From Spirulina sp. (GTDB lineage: Bacteria; Cyanobacteriota; Cyanobacteriia; Phormidesmidales; Phormidesmidaceae), in NCBI GenBank assembly GCA_044070495.1, contig JBIPSI010000006.1, positions 96,001 to 160,000 of the forward strand: 64,000 nucleotides of DNA, given 5' to 3'. Of the stretch, positions 1 through 9,410 are shown in pieces (the first letter of the stretch is position 1; each line of letters starts with the position of its first letter). The translations under genes and the position numbers were made by a program. The notes under the pieces are model-generated. The model searched no databases. It was not told the origin of the DNA and was given only the letters and a program-made list of their open reading frames with translations.

Positions 1-13
1 GAAAGCTTGATCT

Positions 14-56
14 GCTCCCCTCGCCCTCTGGAAGAGGGGTTTAGGATGAGGACTAC
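14..56. repeat. Cyanobacterial palindromic dispersed repeat (CCCCTCGCCCTCTGGAAGAGGGG-type), probably partial at the window edge
   Basis: CCTCT-GGA-AGAGG hairpin followed by GGTTTAGGATGAGG; similar elements at ~11405-11493 and ~23804-23992. Confidence 0.5.
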
Positions 57-274
57 ACAAATGGAATGTACCCTCACAGCCTATCTGGTTAGAACCCATT
101 CTATAAAAATTGTCTAAAACTTAGAAGAGCCGTGATTTACTGCAAAGCGATTATTTAGCGACTGCACAAAATGTTTATCTATCCTAAAGTTTGCTCTGTT
201 CTCAAGGTTTCTCTGTTCTCAGAACAGTCGCTGTATGACTATACCTCTAAGGTATCTCTCGGAGTAATCTAGCC

Positions 275-1327
275 ATGAGATTTGGTAGCTTTCAGGATCA
301 TTCCTCAACCTATAAATCGGATATATTGATCTCAGTTGTCTCCCCAATTTGTGATGCTGAGGACTGGATTGAGAGTTACCTTTCGGGCCTCTCTGAACTA
401 CTATCATCAGAGTTTAAAGACTACGAAATCGTGCTAATTGATAATGGCTCTAGGGACGACACCCTAACTATTGTGAGACAAGCACAGCAAACACTTCGCA
501 ACATTCAGCTATACGTTTTAGCACGGCCTGTTCCCTATGAAAGTGCCTTTATCGTGGGGCTCGAACAAGCCATTGGTGATGTGGTAATCACGATGGACGC
601 GGCCTACGACCCAATCGACTGCCTCATGCCAATGATTCAGATGAGTCAGCGAGGGTTCGATATGGTTTACGGATTACGCAGCGATAGAATGCAGCATAGA
701 CACGGCCTTTATAATTGGCTTAGCATTGCTTTCTTCAAACTCTATCAATCTATCACCCAAGAGAGTTTACCTATTGCAGCGTCAACCCTAAGGCTATACT
801 CTCGTTATGCGATCAACTCATTCATTGATAACACGGATCGCTATAGCCTTTTTCCAGTTATTGGAGCCTTCTCAGGACTAAAGTATGCGACTTTAGATTA
901 TCATCGCATCAACCGAACGAACCACGCTGTCAGACAAAGTTATATTGGTGCCCTTGAGAGAGCTTTTTGCTTAATCCTCCTTTCTTCTCACTATCCTCTC
1001 AGGCTTTTATCCTTGCTATCGCTAACTGGGGCTTTCCTAAATATTCTATATAGTCTTTATGTCGTGCTAATCAATTTCTTTAAAGGGCATGTCGCAGAAG
1101 GATGGACAACGTTATCGCTCCAGAATTCATTAATGTTTTTTATTCTATTTATCATTTTGTCAGTACTTTCTGAGTATATCGCTCGCCTCTTTATGAAAAA
1201 CCAAAATCGCCCATTTTATCTCATTAGCAACGAGAGCAAGAGCTTGATATTGCAACGAAAAAACGATATTAATGTCACTGGCATTGCAGCAAAAGACCTA
1301 TCTCGATCTAAGTCCTCAGCATCCTAA
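275..1327 (+). CDS. Glycosyltransferase family 2, GtrB/ArnC-like polyprenyl-phosphate glycosyltransferase
   Basis: ISVVSP, IDNGSRDDT, variant DxD region (MDAAYDP), two C-terminal TM helices, GWTTL and NRPFY tail typical of GtrB-like proteins. Confidence 0.85.
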   Translation: MRFGSFQDHSSTYKSDILISVVSPICDAEDWIESYLSGLSELLSSEFKDYEIVLIDNGSRDDTLTIVRQAQQTLRNIQLYVLARPVPYESAFIVGLEQAIGDVVITMDAAYDPIDCLMPMIQMSQRGFDMVYGLRSDRMQHRHGLYNWLSIAFFKLYQSITQESLPIAASTLRLYSRYAINSFIDNTDRYSLFPVIGAFSGLKYATLDYHRINRTNHAVRQSYIGALERAFCLILLSSHYPLRLLSLLSLTGAFLNILYSLYVVLINFFKGHVAEGWTTLSLQNSLMFFILFIILSVLSEYIARLFMKNQNRPFYLISNESKSLILQRKNDINVTGIAAKDLSRSKSSAS

Positions 1328-1377
1328 AAAAACGTTCAGTTTATTATTTTTCATAGCCCGAATAAGGTTGATAAAAT

Positions 1378-3465
1378 ATGGTAGAGAAAAAAAATGATAA
1401 TACTAAGCCGCACACTTTTTTGATTGCGATTGCGATTGCTACCGCATTTCTTTTGATATTTAGAAGCTTAGGTCTATACCCAGGCGTCATGGGTGACGAA
1501 TACCTCCATAGCATTTCTTCTAGATTACTGCCTTTCAATGCTATGATTTATCCGGAATATTTATATTACTCCATATATCGTACAACCCGCATGTGCGGCG
1601 ATGGCTTTCTTGAATGTGCTCGTGTATTAAATGCTGTTTTTTTTGTATCTAGCGCTCCCTTTATATACCTGATTAGCAGAAAAGTCACGGACAAAAGAAC
1701 ATCTCTGTTGATTGCAGCTCTATCTATATTGGGGCCAATTAATTCCTACACGGCATACTTTATGCCTGAATCATTATTTTTCCTGTTTTTCTGGGTTTTT
1801 ACCTGGCTTGTGCTTAGCATGAGTCCTAAACACGGGATTTGGAATTGGTTGAGTTTAGGATTATTTTTTGGCCTAACCTCTTTAGTTAAGCCCCATGCTT
1901 TATTCTTGTTGCCTTCACTTGTTGTTTTTTTCGCTTTCCAAAAACATGATCATCAGCATAATAGTGAAGTTTCTTTCAGAAAGAAGCTTAGACTCTATTC
2001 TGCCTTTTTCGCCTCTGCAATTGCAACCAAGTTTTTGATCGGCTTTATTCTGGCTGGCGAAGCTGGACTAACGCTTTTTGGCACATATGAATCTCAAGCT
2101 CCCGCAGGTCAAAGCTTAGATGATTACGTTAATATCTTTAAACTGTTCCTCGAAAATATTCGAGGACATTTTTTGGGTTTGTCTCTCCTATTCTCTGTAC
2201 CTATTGCCCAAATTCTATCATCGTCCATATTTTCTTTGAAGCAACAGTCAGATCGAGGCTCTTCAATTAATGTGGTTAACATTATACTGTATGCGCTATC
2301 AATTTTTGTATTTATCATACCTATTGCCGCACTTTACACTGGATCAATAGCCTATGCTTATCCAGATTACCAGTCAAATCTTAGGCTTCACATGCGATAT
2401 TATAATTTCGCATTCCCACTTTTTATTATAGTTGGAGCATCACGAATTTTTTGGAAAGATATTAGCAGTTCCTTTAAAAGTAGAGCGATTACTGCTGTCC
2501 TAATTGGCATTGCGATCTTATATGCTGTAATCACGGGTTTGATTCCCTATGAGCCAAGTACTGTCGATAATCCAGAGTTACGTGGAATAATAGCTAACTA
2601 CACTGTATTTTACATCCTCAGTGGGTTCTCTTTGGGGTCCTTAATTTTGTGGGTTTATTCAGCACAAAAGGGTGCCAAGTTATTCGTCTATGTCTTTATG
2701 CCACTGGTGGTCACTTTTTCAGGTTTTCATATTAATCAAGACCTCAGGCAGAACAACCTGATGCCAAGGGAATTCCTTGCTTATGACGTGGGTATCATGA
2801 CGAAACAGTACCTGTACAGTGAGGATCTTACAAAACTTCAAGTGGTTGGGTCAGAGTTATTGCGATTGTACGGCGCTTCATTCTATCTTGACCATGCATC
2901 TTTTGAGGTTATTCCTAAAGATAGCAAATATGATTTATCAACGCTTCCAGTTGGCAAGGAATGGGTTTTAGTACTTGGCGATCATTCTCTCTCAACAAAT
3001 GATGATTTATTTCAGATTCCAATGAATAACGCTACCCTTGTGCATGTGCCTAATCCAGGCAGTGCAGAAATAGACTTTAATAGAACTTCATGGCCAGGCA
3101 TCATTTTCAAAACGCAAGGTTTAGGGTATCCAGCGGGGTGGGGTCGATGGTCTTCAGGTAATGTCGTGACCCTGGAGTTTGTTCAGCCTCTACCCGAGAA
3201 ATTTACCGTTCATCTTTTAGCCCACAGCCATGGGCCAAATGTTCAAAAGGATGGAGATTATGCCATTCATATAGAGGATAGCACCGTGAAATTTAAATTG
3301 GGTGAATCGACTGAGGAAAAAGTGTTTAAATTTAGCAACCCAACACAGTATAAGACTATAAGAATTGACATTCCATTAACGACACTGCCCCAGAATTCGG
3401 GGGAGGTTGGTGAGGATAAAAGGATAGGGATGGCATTGATAAAAATGCGTATAACGGCTTTATGA
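1378..3465 (+). CDS. Polytopic membrane GT-C-type glycosyltransferase (ArnT/PMT-like) with C-terminal soluble beta domain
   Basis: GDE motif after first TM, YFMPESLF, LVKPHA, many hydrophobic helices, extracytoplasmic tail with WGRWS. Confidence 0.7.
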   Translation: MVEKKNDNTKPHTFLIAIAIATAFLLIFRSLGLYPGVMGDEYLHSISSRLLPFNAMIYPEYLYYSIYRTTRMCGDGFLECARVLNAVFFVSSAPFIYLISRKVTDKRTSLLIAALSILGPINSYTAYFMPESLFFLFFWVFTWLVLSMSPKHGIWNWLSLGLFFGLTSLVKPHALFLLPSLVVFFAFQKHDHQHNSEVSFRKKLRLYSAFFASAIATKFLIGFILAGEAGLTLFGTYESQAPAGQSLDDYVNIFKLFLENIRGHFLGLSLLFSVPIAQILSSSIFSLKQQSDRGSSINVVNIILYALSIFVFIIPIAALYTGSIAYAYPDYQSNLRLHMRYYNFAFPLFIIVGASRIFWKDISSSFKSRAITAVLIGIAILYAVITGLIPYEPSTVDNPELRGIIANYTVFYILSGFSLGSLILWVYSAQKGAKLFVYVFMPLVVTFSGFHINQDLRQNNLMPREFLAYDVGIMTKQYLYSEDLTKLQVVGSELLRLYGASFYLDHASFEVIPKDSKYDLSTLPVGKEWVLVLGDHSLSTNDDLFQIPMNNATLVHVPNPGSAEIDFNRTSWPGIIFKTQGLGYPAGWGRWSSGNVVTLEFVQPLPEKFTVHLLAHSHGPNVQKDGDYAIHIEDSTVKFKLGESTEEKVFKFSNPTQYKTIRIDIPLTTLPQNSGEVGEDKRIGMALIKMRITAL

Positions 3466-3715
3466 CGCTAACCTACTTACCATGAATTGCTGATTCAATT
3501 GTGGGTTTATATTGCCTTACAAAAAACTAAAATAATGCTCTGAGTTCACTCTTTTTTATAAAATAAAACAATTTACTAAAGTGTGGAATAGGATTGGCGC
3601 TAGTTAAGTCTTGAAAGTAAGCCAAAAAACTATGCTTAGTTAGACTATTTTTTCTTTAGCTATGCCGAGGTTTTAATCATGATAACAATTGCTGTAGAGG
3701 GAGGCGAAAAATTTT

Positions 3716-4510
3716 ATGGTGACCAATGGCTTGATCGGTTACACAGGATTTGTAGGGCAAAACCTTTGCCTCTCGACTAAGAGCTTTGATCAACTCTATA
3801 ACACCCAAAATATTCGCTCAATTCGAGGTAAGCAGTTTAATCTGCTTGTGTGTGCGGCCCCACAGGCTAAAAAATGGTGGGCTAATCAGAACCCAGAGGC
3901 AGATTGGTCGATGATTCAAACGCTCATTCAAACCCTAGAGGAAGTCCAAGCTGACCGTTTTATTCTCCTCTCAACAATTGATGTCTTTCCTACCATTATC
4001 AATGCTGATGAATCCTTCGATTGTGCTAGCCGTGAGAATCACGCCTATGGGCGACATCGACTACAGCTTGAGCAGGCTGTGACTAGCCACTTTTCTAAGA
4101 GTCATATCGTTCGCCTGCCGGGTCTTTTTGGCCCTGGGCTGAAGAAAAACGTAATCTTCGACCTACTACACCACAACCAAGTGGATAAAATTAACCCCGA
4201 CAGTCAGTTTCAGTGGTACGACCTTAAAGACCTGTGGCCCGATTTAAATCGCATTATGCAGGCAGAGCTTTCTCTCATTGTCTTGGCAACAGAGCCAATT
4301 TCTACTCGGGAAATCCATCATCGTTTTTTTCCTGAATTAGTTATTGGAACTGAGGCTAGTCCAACCGTTACCTACGATATTCATACTCGTTATGCGGAGG
4401 TATTTAGCAGCCAAAGCGATTACATCCGCTCCAAGGCGCAAATTTTAGAACGTCTCAATCAGTTTATTGCTACTGAAAAAAACGCACCCCATGAAACTTT
4501 CAATTTCTAA
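3716..4510 (+). CDS. NAD(P)-dependent epimerase/dehydratase-like (SDR-fold) protein
   Basis: GYTGFVG Rossmann motif, LSTIDVF, YGRHR (YxxxK variant), RLPGLFGPG. Confidence 0.8.
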   Translation: MVTNGLIGYTGFVGQNLCLSTKSFDQLYNTQNIRSIRGKQFNLLVCAAPQAKKWWANQNPEADWSMIQTLIQTLEEVQADRFILLSTIDVFPTIINADESFDCASRENHAYGRHRLQLEQAVTSHFSKSHIVRLPGLFGPGLKKNVIFDLLHHNQVDKINPDSQFQWYDLKDLWPDLNRIMQAELSLIVLATEPISTREIHHRFFPELVIGTEASPTVTYDIHTRYAEVFSSQSDYIRSKAQILERLNQFIATEKNAPHETFNF

Positions 4511-5300
4511 TATTGCCTGGCCTAAAGAAGCAGACAATGCTGTTTATGACCTCCTAATTATCCACGGGGTTAACGCTATTGAAATTGCCCCTACACGCAT
4601 CTGGCCAGATTGGCAATATTCGCCAGCACAGGTTGACGCTGTGAACGCAGATCTAGCTATCCGGGGCCTCCAATGTTCATCTTTGCAAGCCATCGTTTAT
4701 GGACGGCCCCAGTTAAAGGTATTTGGCACCCCTAAAGAAAAGCAAGACCTGGTGCTTCATCTGAAGCAGGTTGCTAATCTGGCAGCACAATTGGGAGTAG
4801 GGCCGCTGGTCTTTGGTGCCCCTAAAAATCGAGATCGTGGTGATAGAAGCGAGGCCAACGCTTTTGCCGAAGCCGTAGATTTGTTTGCGGAGGTAGGAGA
4901 CTATTGTAACCAAGTTGGGGTTTGCCTATGCATTGAACCCAATCCCATAGATTACGGCTGTACTTTTATTACCGATAGTCAAAGTGGTGCTGCCTTTGTT
5001 CGCACGGTGAATTCTCCTGGCCTGCGGTTACACTTAGATGTTGCAGGCATGCATTTAGCAGGAGAATCTATTCCTCAGGCCTTGGAATCTACAGCAGATG
5101 TTTTATATCATATCCACATTAGTGAGCCTTATCTAGGCTCCTTTACCTCTCCTCAAATTGACCATAGGGAGGTAGCCCAGGGCTTAGCTACAATAGGCTG
5201 GTCTAGATGGATATCGGTGGAGATGCGCGCTACCCATCAGCCGATAGCCGATGTGGAACAGGCCATTCAATATGTTCAAGAAACCTATCAAACAATATGA
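4491..5300 (+). CDS. Sugar phosphate isomerase/epimerase, xylose-isomerase-like TIM barrel
   Basis: MKLSISNIAW start, IEPNP, LHLDVAG, HIHISEP, SVEM metal-binding residues; overlaps upstream stop. Confidence 0.85.
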   Translation: MKLSISNIAWPKEADNAVYDLLIIHGVNAIEIAPTRIWPDWQYSPAQVDAVNADLAIRGLQCSSLQAIVYGRPQLKVFGTPKEKQDLVLHLKQVANLAAQLGVGPLVFGAPKNRDRGDRSEANAFAEAVDLFAEVGDYCNQVGVCLCIEPNPIDYGCTFITDSQSGAAFVRTVNSPGLRLHLDVAGMHLAGESIPQALESTADVLYHIHISEPYLGSFTSPQIDHREVAQGLATIGWSRWISVEMRATHQPIADVEQAIQYVQETYQTI

Positions 5301-6151
5301 ATCCCGATTCAGACTTTTCGTTCTCTGCTGAGCAGGTAGAGTTCTTTAAATCTCAAAGAGTGTTAATGCCCTCAGACTGGCAGGTGCCGACCTATACTGT
5401 GACCGAGTTCAGGCCTCGGTATGCGCGCTACTGCATCGGGATTCCTGTGATTAACGAAGGGGATCGAATCCAAACCCAGCTTCAAACAATGTATAACTTA
5501 GGGTTGTATGGGCTGGCCGATATCGTCATAGCAGATGGCGGCAGCACAGATGGCTCAATGGCCGATGAACGTCTACGCCCAGTGGCAGTTAGAACGTTGC
5601 TGACCAAAACCGGTAGTGGCAAACTCAGCGCCCAACTGCGTATGTTTTTTGCCTACGCTCTTGGCGAGGGATACGAAGGTATTGTCATTATCGACGGCAA
5701 TAACAAAGACGGTGTGGAGGCCATTCCCTCATTTTTGGAGGCACTTGATCAGGGGTGGGACTACATCCAAGGTTCGCGTTATATTCCCGGTGGCGTTGAA
5801 AAGAATACCCCCTGGATTCGTAAGTGGGCTGTGTTGCTCCTTCATGCCCCGATTATTAGTTTGGGGGCTGGATTTCGATATACCGACACCACTAACGGTT
5901 TCCGGGCCATGAGCCGTCAGTTTTTACTAGACGAGAGACTCGATCCATTTCGCCAAGTTTTCGATACCTATAACTTGCATTACTACCTATCAGTGATGGC
6001 ACCCCGCTTGGGATACCGGGTTAAAGAACTGCCTGTGAACAGGGTTTACCCTGATGCTGGCCCAACACCCAGCAAAATTAAAGGGGTAAAAACCCACTGG
6101 CGAATGTTAGGCCAACTCTTCAAGGCCGCGTTTGGTTTCTATCGTCCCTAA
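5297..6151 (+). CDS. Glycosyltransferase family 2, dolichol-phosphate-mannose-synthase-like
   Basis: IPVINEG, ADGGSTDGS, IDGNNKD, QGSRY, DTTNGFRA; ATGA coupling with upstream gene. Confidence 0.85.
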   Translation: MNPDSDFSFSAEQVEFFKSQRVLMPSDWQVPTYTVTEFRPRYARYCIGIPVINEGDRIQTQLQTMYNLGLYGLADIVIADGGSTDGSMADERLRPVAVRTLLTKTGSGKLSAQLRMFFAYALGEGYEGIVIIDGNNKDGVEAIPSFLEALDQGWDYIQGSRYIPGGVEKNTPWIRKWAVLLLHAPIISLGAGFRYTDTTNGFRAMSRQFLLDERLDPFRQVFDTYNLHYYLSVMAPRLGYRVKELPVNRVYPDAGPTPSKIKGVKTHWRMLGQLFKAAFGFYRP

Positions 6152-6160
6152 CGCAAAGAT

Positions 6161-7285
6161 ATGGCAATTACCCAGCAAACTCACCCCTTTGTTGTGATTG
6201 GTGGCGGATTTTACGGCTGTAGTATCGCTGAGTTTTTGGCAAATCACGGTGTTCAGGTGATCTTGCTAGAGCAAGCATCAGAACTTTTAACGCGAGCCTC
6301 TTACAATAACCAGGCTCGTCTGCACGGAGGTTACCATTACCCACGCAGCTTTAACACCGCTTACCGAAGTCGTCTCAACTTTGCTCAGTTTCTTCAGGAT
6401 TATCGACCTGCAATCGCAACAAATTTTCTCAAGTTATATGCGATTGCCCGAACCAGTTCAAAGGTAAGCCCCCAGCAGTTTGAGTTTTTTTGCCGCAACA
6501 TCGAAGCTCCTTTGAAGCCAGCCCCAGACCACCTATCAAGGTTATTTTCACCTCGACTGATTGCCGCCGTCTATGAAACAGAAGAGTACGCTTTCGACGC
6601 TGCGGTGCTACGACAATTGTTGACCGAACGCCTAGAGAGGGCCAGTGTACAGGTTAACCTCGATTACAAAGTGGCTGCTATTAAGTCCAGTTCCTCTCCA
6701 GATCAGCCCATAGAGTTGCTCAACGTAGCTGGTCAGGCCATACTGGCGGACTATGTCTTCAATTGCACCTACTCTGGCTTAAATACGATCCAAGGGCTAT
6801 CTAGTACCGATCACCAACTCAAACATGAAATCACGGAACTTGCCCTAGTTGAGCTGCCCGAATTACTCCAAGATGTTTCTGTGACTGTTATGGATGGGCC
6901 TTTCTTTTCCTTTATGCCCTTTCCAGATCGAGAATTATCGACCTTCACCCACGTACGCTATACCCCCCATGGCGCTTGGATAGAATCCTCTCAGCATTGC
7001 CCTAATCCTTATCTCGTTATGGACACCGTCGATCAGCAATCCAATTTTGGGTTTATGATTCGAGACGCCCAACGCTATCTGCCTTGTCTAGAAGATACCC
7101 GTTACCGCGACTCGTTGTTTGAAGTCAAAACGGTTTTAACTCAAAATGAAGGCGACGATGGTCGTCCGATTCTGTTTGAGGCCAATACACAGCAGCCCCA
7201 AGTTATCTCTGTATTAGGTTCTAAGATTGACAATATTTATGATGTGTTGCTGGCTATAAGCGAATACTTTGGCTGGTTTAAGTGA
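6161..7285 (+). CDS. FAD-dependent oxidoreductase (DAO family)
   Basis: VIGGGFYG FAD-binding motif, ASYNNQARLHGGYHYPRS, VMDGPF. Confidence 0.85.
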   Translation: MAITQQTHPFVVIGGGFYGCSIAEFLANHGVQVILLEQASELLTRASYNNQARLHGGYHYPRSFNTAYRSRLNFAQFLQDYRPAIATNFLKLYAIARTSSKVSPQQFEFFCRNIEAPLKPAPDHLSRLFSPRLIAAVYETEEYAFDAAVLRQLLTERLERASVQVNLDYKVAAIKSSSSPDQPIELLNVAGQAILADYVFNCTYSGLNTIQGLSSTDHQLKHEITELALVELPELLQDVSVTVMDGPFFSFMPFPDRELSTFTHVRYTPHGAWIESSQHCPNPYLVMDTVDQQSNFGFMIRDAQRYLPCLEDTRYRDSLFEVKTVLTQNEGDDGRPILFEANTQQPQVISVLGSKIDNIYDVLLAISEYFGWFK

Positions 7286-7299
7286 AGTTATCCAGACCC

Positions 7300-7590
7300 A
7301 TCGGCATTGAGACTAGCTATCGCATCAAAAATCAGGCCCGCATCCGCTCGACCACCAAGAATCCCGTGCTACGGCTGCTCTACGTCGCTCTAGCCTTTAT
7401 CTTGGTGAATCTCTGGGTGTACCTGCTGTGGCAGACCGTCAGCGTGACCCGACGAGGGGGGCGACGAGTCTTTCAAGAACGTTTCCCGCTCAAAACCATG
7501 CTCTCCTTCATCCGCCAGGGTGTTGAGCGACATTTTCCCCTTGTCCGGGCTGTATATCTACCTATGACAGCATAAGTTTGTGATCTACTG
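7300..7590 (+). mobile_element. Truncated IS remnant: C-terminus of a probable ISH3-family (IS4-like DDE) transposase plus right end
   Basis: GIETSYR..NQARIRSTTKNPVLRLLY..NLW resembles the catalytic-Glu region of ISH3-type transposases; candidate terminal TGTGATCTACTG at 7579-7590; N-terminal part absent. Confidence 0.7.
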
Positions 7591-7740
7591 ATCCTTGCTG
7601 TATGAGGCGATCCGCATCGGCCTGCGACCCTGAGGGACTTGTGGGGTATGGAAATCGACGGACGCGCCTAGGACGGGGGCCATGTCTGCCGCAAAGATGA
7701 ACAACGGCAGGGATAGAAAAAACGTTGTACGGAGATGCAT
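7585..7740 (-). pseudogene. N-terminal stub of a secreted protein cut by the IS end
   Basis: MHLRTTFFLSLPLFIFAADMAPVLGA reads as a signal peptide; last codon and stop (CAG TAG) lie in the putative IS terminus. Confidence 0.4.
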
Positions 7741-8096
7741 AGGAAAAATTACTGAGGGAAAACCTGGACAACCGCTCAGCCTGCCCATTGCGCAAGGGAT
7801 ATCGTCCGAAAACGCAAGCGAACGTTTCAGGAAAAGTTCACCATCCTGGCGTTGCCAATTTCCTGAGGCCGCCATCAGATCCGCAGAAGCGCCCCGTGGA
7901 AGGGGAGAGTCGGAAACTGGAATCAAAGGCTCTTTCCCACAGATCGGGATGAAGGGTGAAGACTTCGAGACCTTTGTGAGTTGCGGAGTACGGTTCACCA
8001 GACCTACTTTCTGATACGTTTTGTTCAATGGGTTTGGTCACAAAATAACTCGATTTTAAAATCTGAGCATTCAGTTAACCCTAGCGAGACAGTAGT

Positions 8097-9251
8097 ATGT
8101 GGCGATGTACTTTGCTGATGGCGGCTACCCTATGGAGCATGGGTTTGGCCGGGGCGGCGGCGGCCTTTACCGACACCATGGGACATTGGGCTAGCCCCTG
8201 CATTGATCAACTCCAGGCCAGGGGCAAAATTGCCGGTTACCCCGACGGCACCTTTCGACCCAATGGGCCAGTGAATCGGGCGGAGTATGCCGCTGTGCTG
8301 CTCAAAGCCTTTCCAAGGGTCGATCATTGGCTTTCGGCCCCAACCGCCCCGGAGGTACTGCGAAATCCTGGCTTTTCCTACTGGTACGAAGACCCCCAGC
8401 GCCCGGAGGATGAACGGCGATCCCCCTACTCCTGGGACCCGCAGCCGGTGAATTTTGTCGATATTCAGCCCGATTTCTGGGGCTATACAGCCGTGCGGCA
8501 GGCGGCAGGGCGGCGCATGTTTGCGGGCTATCCCGATGGCACCTTTCGGCCCAATCAGTTGATCCCTAGGGTGCAGGCCATCGCCGTGCTGGCCAAGGAA
8601 ATGCGCTATGCCGATGCCCCCGATCCAGAGGCCGTGCTGACCCGCTACTTCGATGATGCGGCAGCTATTCCCGGCTATGCCAGAAACGCCATTGCCACGG
8701 CAACGGTGGGACGGCTGGCGGTGAATGGCCCCAATGTGCGCCAGTTTCGGCCCAACCAAAGCACCACCCGTGGAGAGGTCGCGGCGTTGCTCTGTCAGGC
8801 GATGGGCTTAGCCCGGACGGTACCCCTCGACTACATTGCCGCCGGGGATCAGTTCACCATTCCCCCAGAGGCCGGGGGACGTCGCCCCTTTTCCGAAGGG
8901 TTGGCGGTGGCTGAGGTAAATGGCCAATTTGGCTATATCGACACCGAAGGTAATCTGGCCATTCGGCCCCGTTATGAGCAGGCGGGGGACTTTAAAGATG
9001 GCTTTGCCCAAGTGGTGCAGAGTGGACAACCGGGCTTTATCAACCGGGCTGGGGCCTTGGTTACGCCCCCCGTCGGCTATATGCCTGCATCGGAAGATTT
9101 TAACCTGGTAGAACCCTCGGATGGCCTGTGGTTCCGGGCCCACAACGCCCGCATCATTGAGTACATAGTCGGCTTTGGCGGCGAGCAAGCACCCGATTAT
9201 TCCACGCGGGCTGTGGGGGGCATTTGGGGCTATTTCTCCTCGCCCGACTAA
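8097..9251 (+). CDS. S-layer homology (SLH) domain protein with WG repeats
   Basis: Signal peptide; three SLH-like repeats (GYPDGTFRPN x2, QFRPNQSTTRGE); FSEGLAV..FGYID and FKDGFAQV..GFIN WG repeats. Confidence 0.88.
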   Translation: MWRCTLLMAATLWSMGLAGAAAAFTDTMGHWASPCIDQLQARGKIAGYPDGTFRPNGPVNRAEYAAVLLKAFPRVDHWLSAPTAPEVLRNPGFSYWYEDPQRPEDERRSPYSWDPQPVNFVDIQPDFWGYTAVRQAAGRRMFAGYPDGTFRPNQLIPRVQAIAVLAKEMRYADAPDPEAVLTRYFDDAAAIPGYARNAIATATVGRLAVNGPNVRQFRPNQSTTRGEVAALLCQAMGLARTVPLDYIAAGDQFTIPPEAGGRRPFSEGLAVAEVNGQFGYIDTEGNLAIRPRYEQAGDFKDGFAQVVQSGQPGFINRAGALVTPPVGYMPASEDFNLVEPSDGLWFRAHNARIIEYIVGFGGEQAPDYSTRAVGGIWGYFSSPD

Positions 9252-9326
9252 CCCAACCAGCCAGCATTGGTCGTGTAAGCCACCGATATTTCATCGGTCG
9301 TTTAGTCCAGCAAAAAAACAGTCCAG

Positions 9327-9370
9327 CAAAAAAACAGACCGGATTCCTAGGGCAGGAATCCCGGTCTGTT
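9327..9370 (-). terminator. Intrinsic terminator for typA, possibly bidirectional
   Basis: AACAGACCGG-ATTCCT / AGGAAT-C-CCGGTCTGTT inverted repeat with A-tract on the left (U-tract on minus), between convergent genes. Confidence 0.75.
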
Positions 9371-9410
9371 CTGGGAAGGATCTAATTAGGGCTTGTATAG
9401 CTGGTTATGC

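Noticed and set aside
7562..8041. Same-frame minus ORFs 7838-8041 and 7562-7795 separated by one TGA (readthrough or selenocysteine?)
   Set aside because: The joined peptide has no recognisable motif, no SECIS-like support was seen, and the region is better explained as promoter DNA plus IS scar
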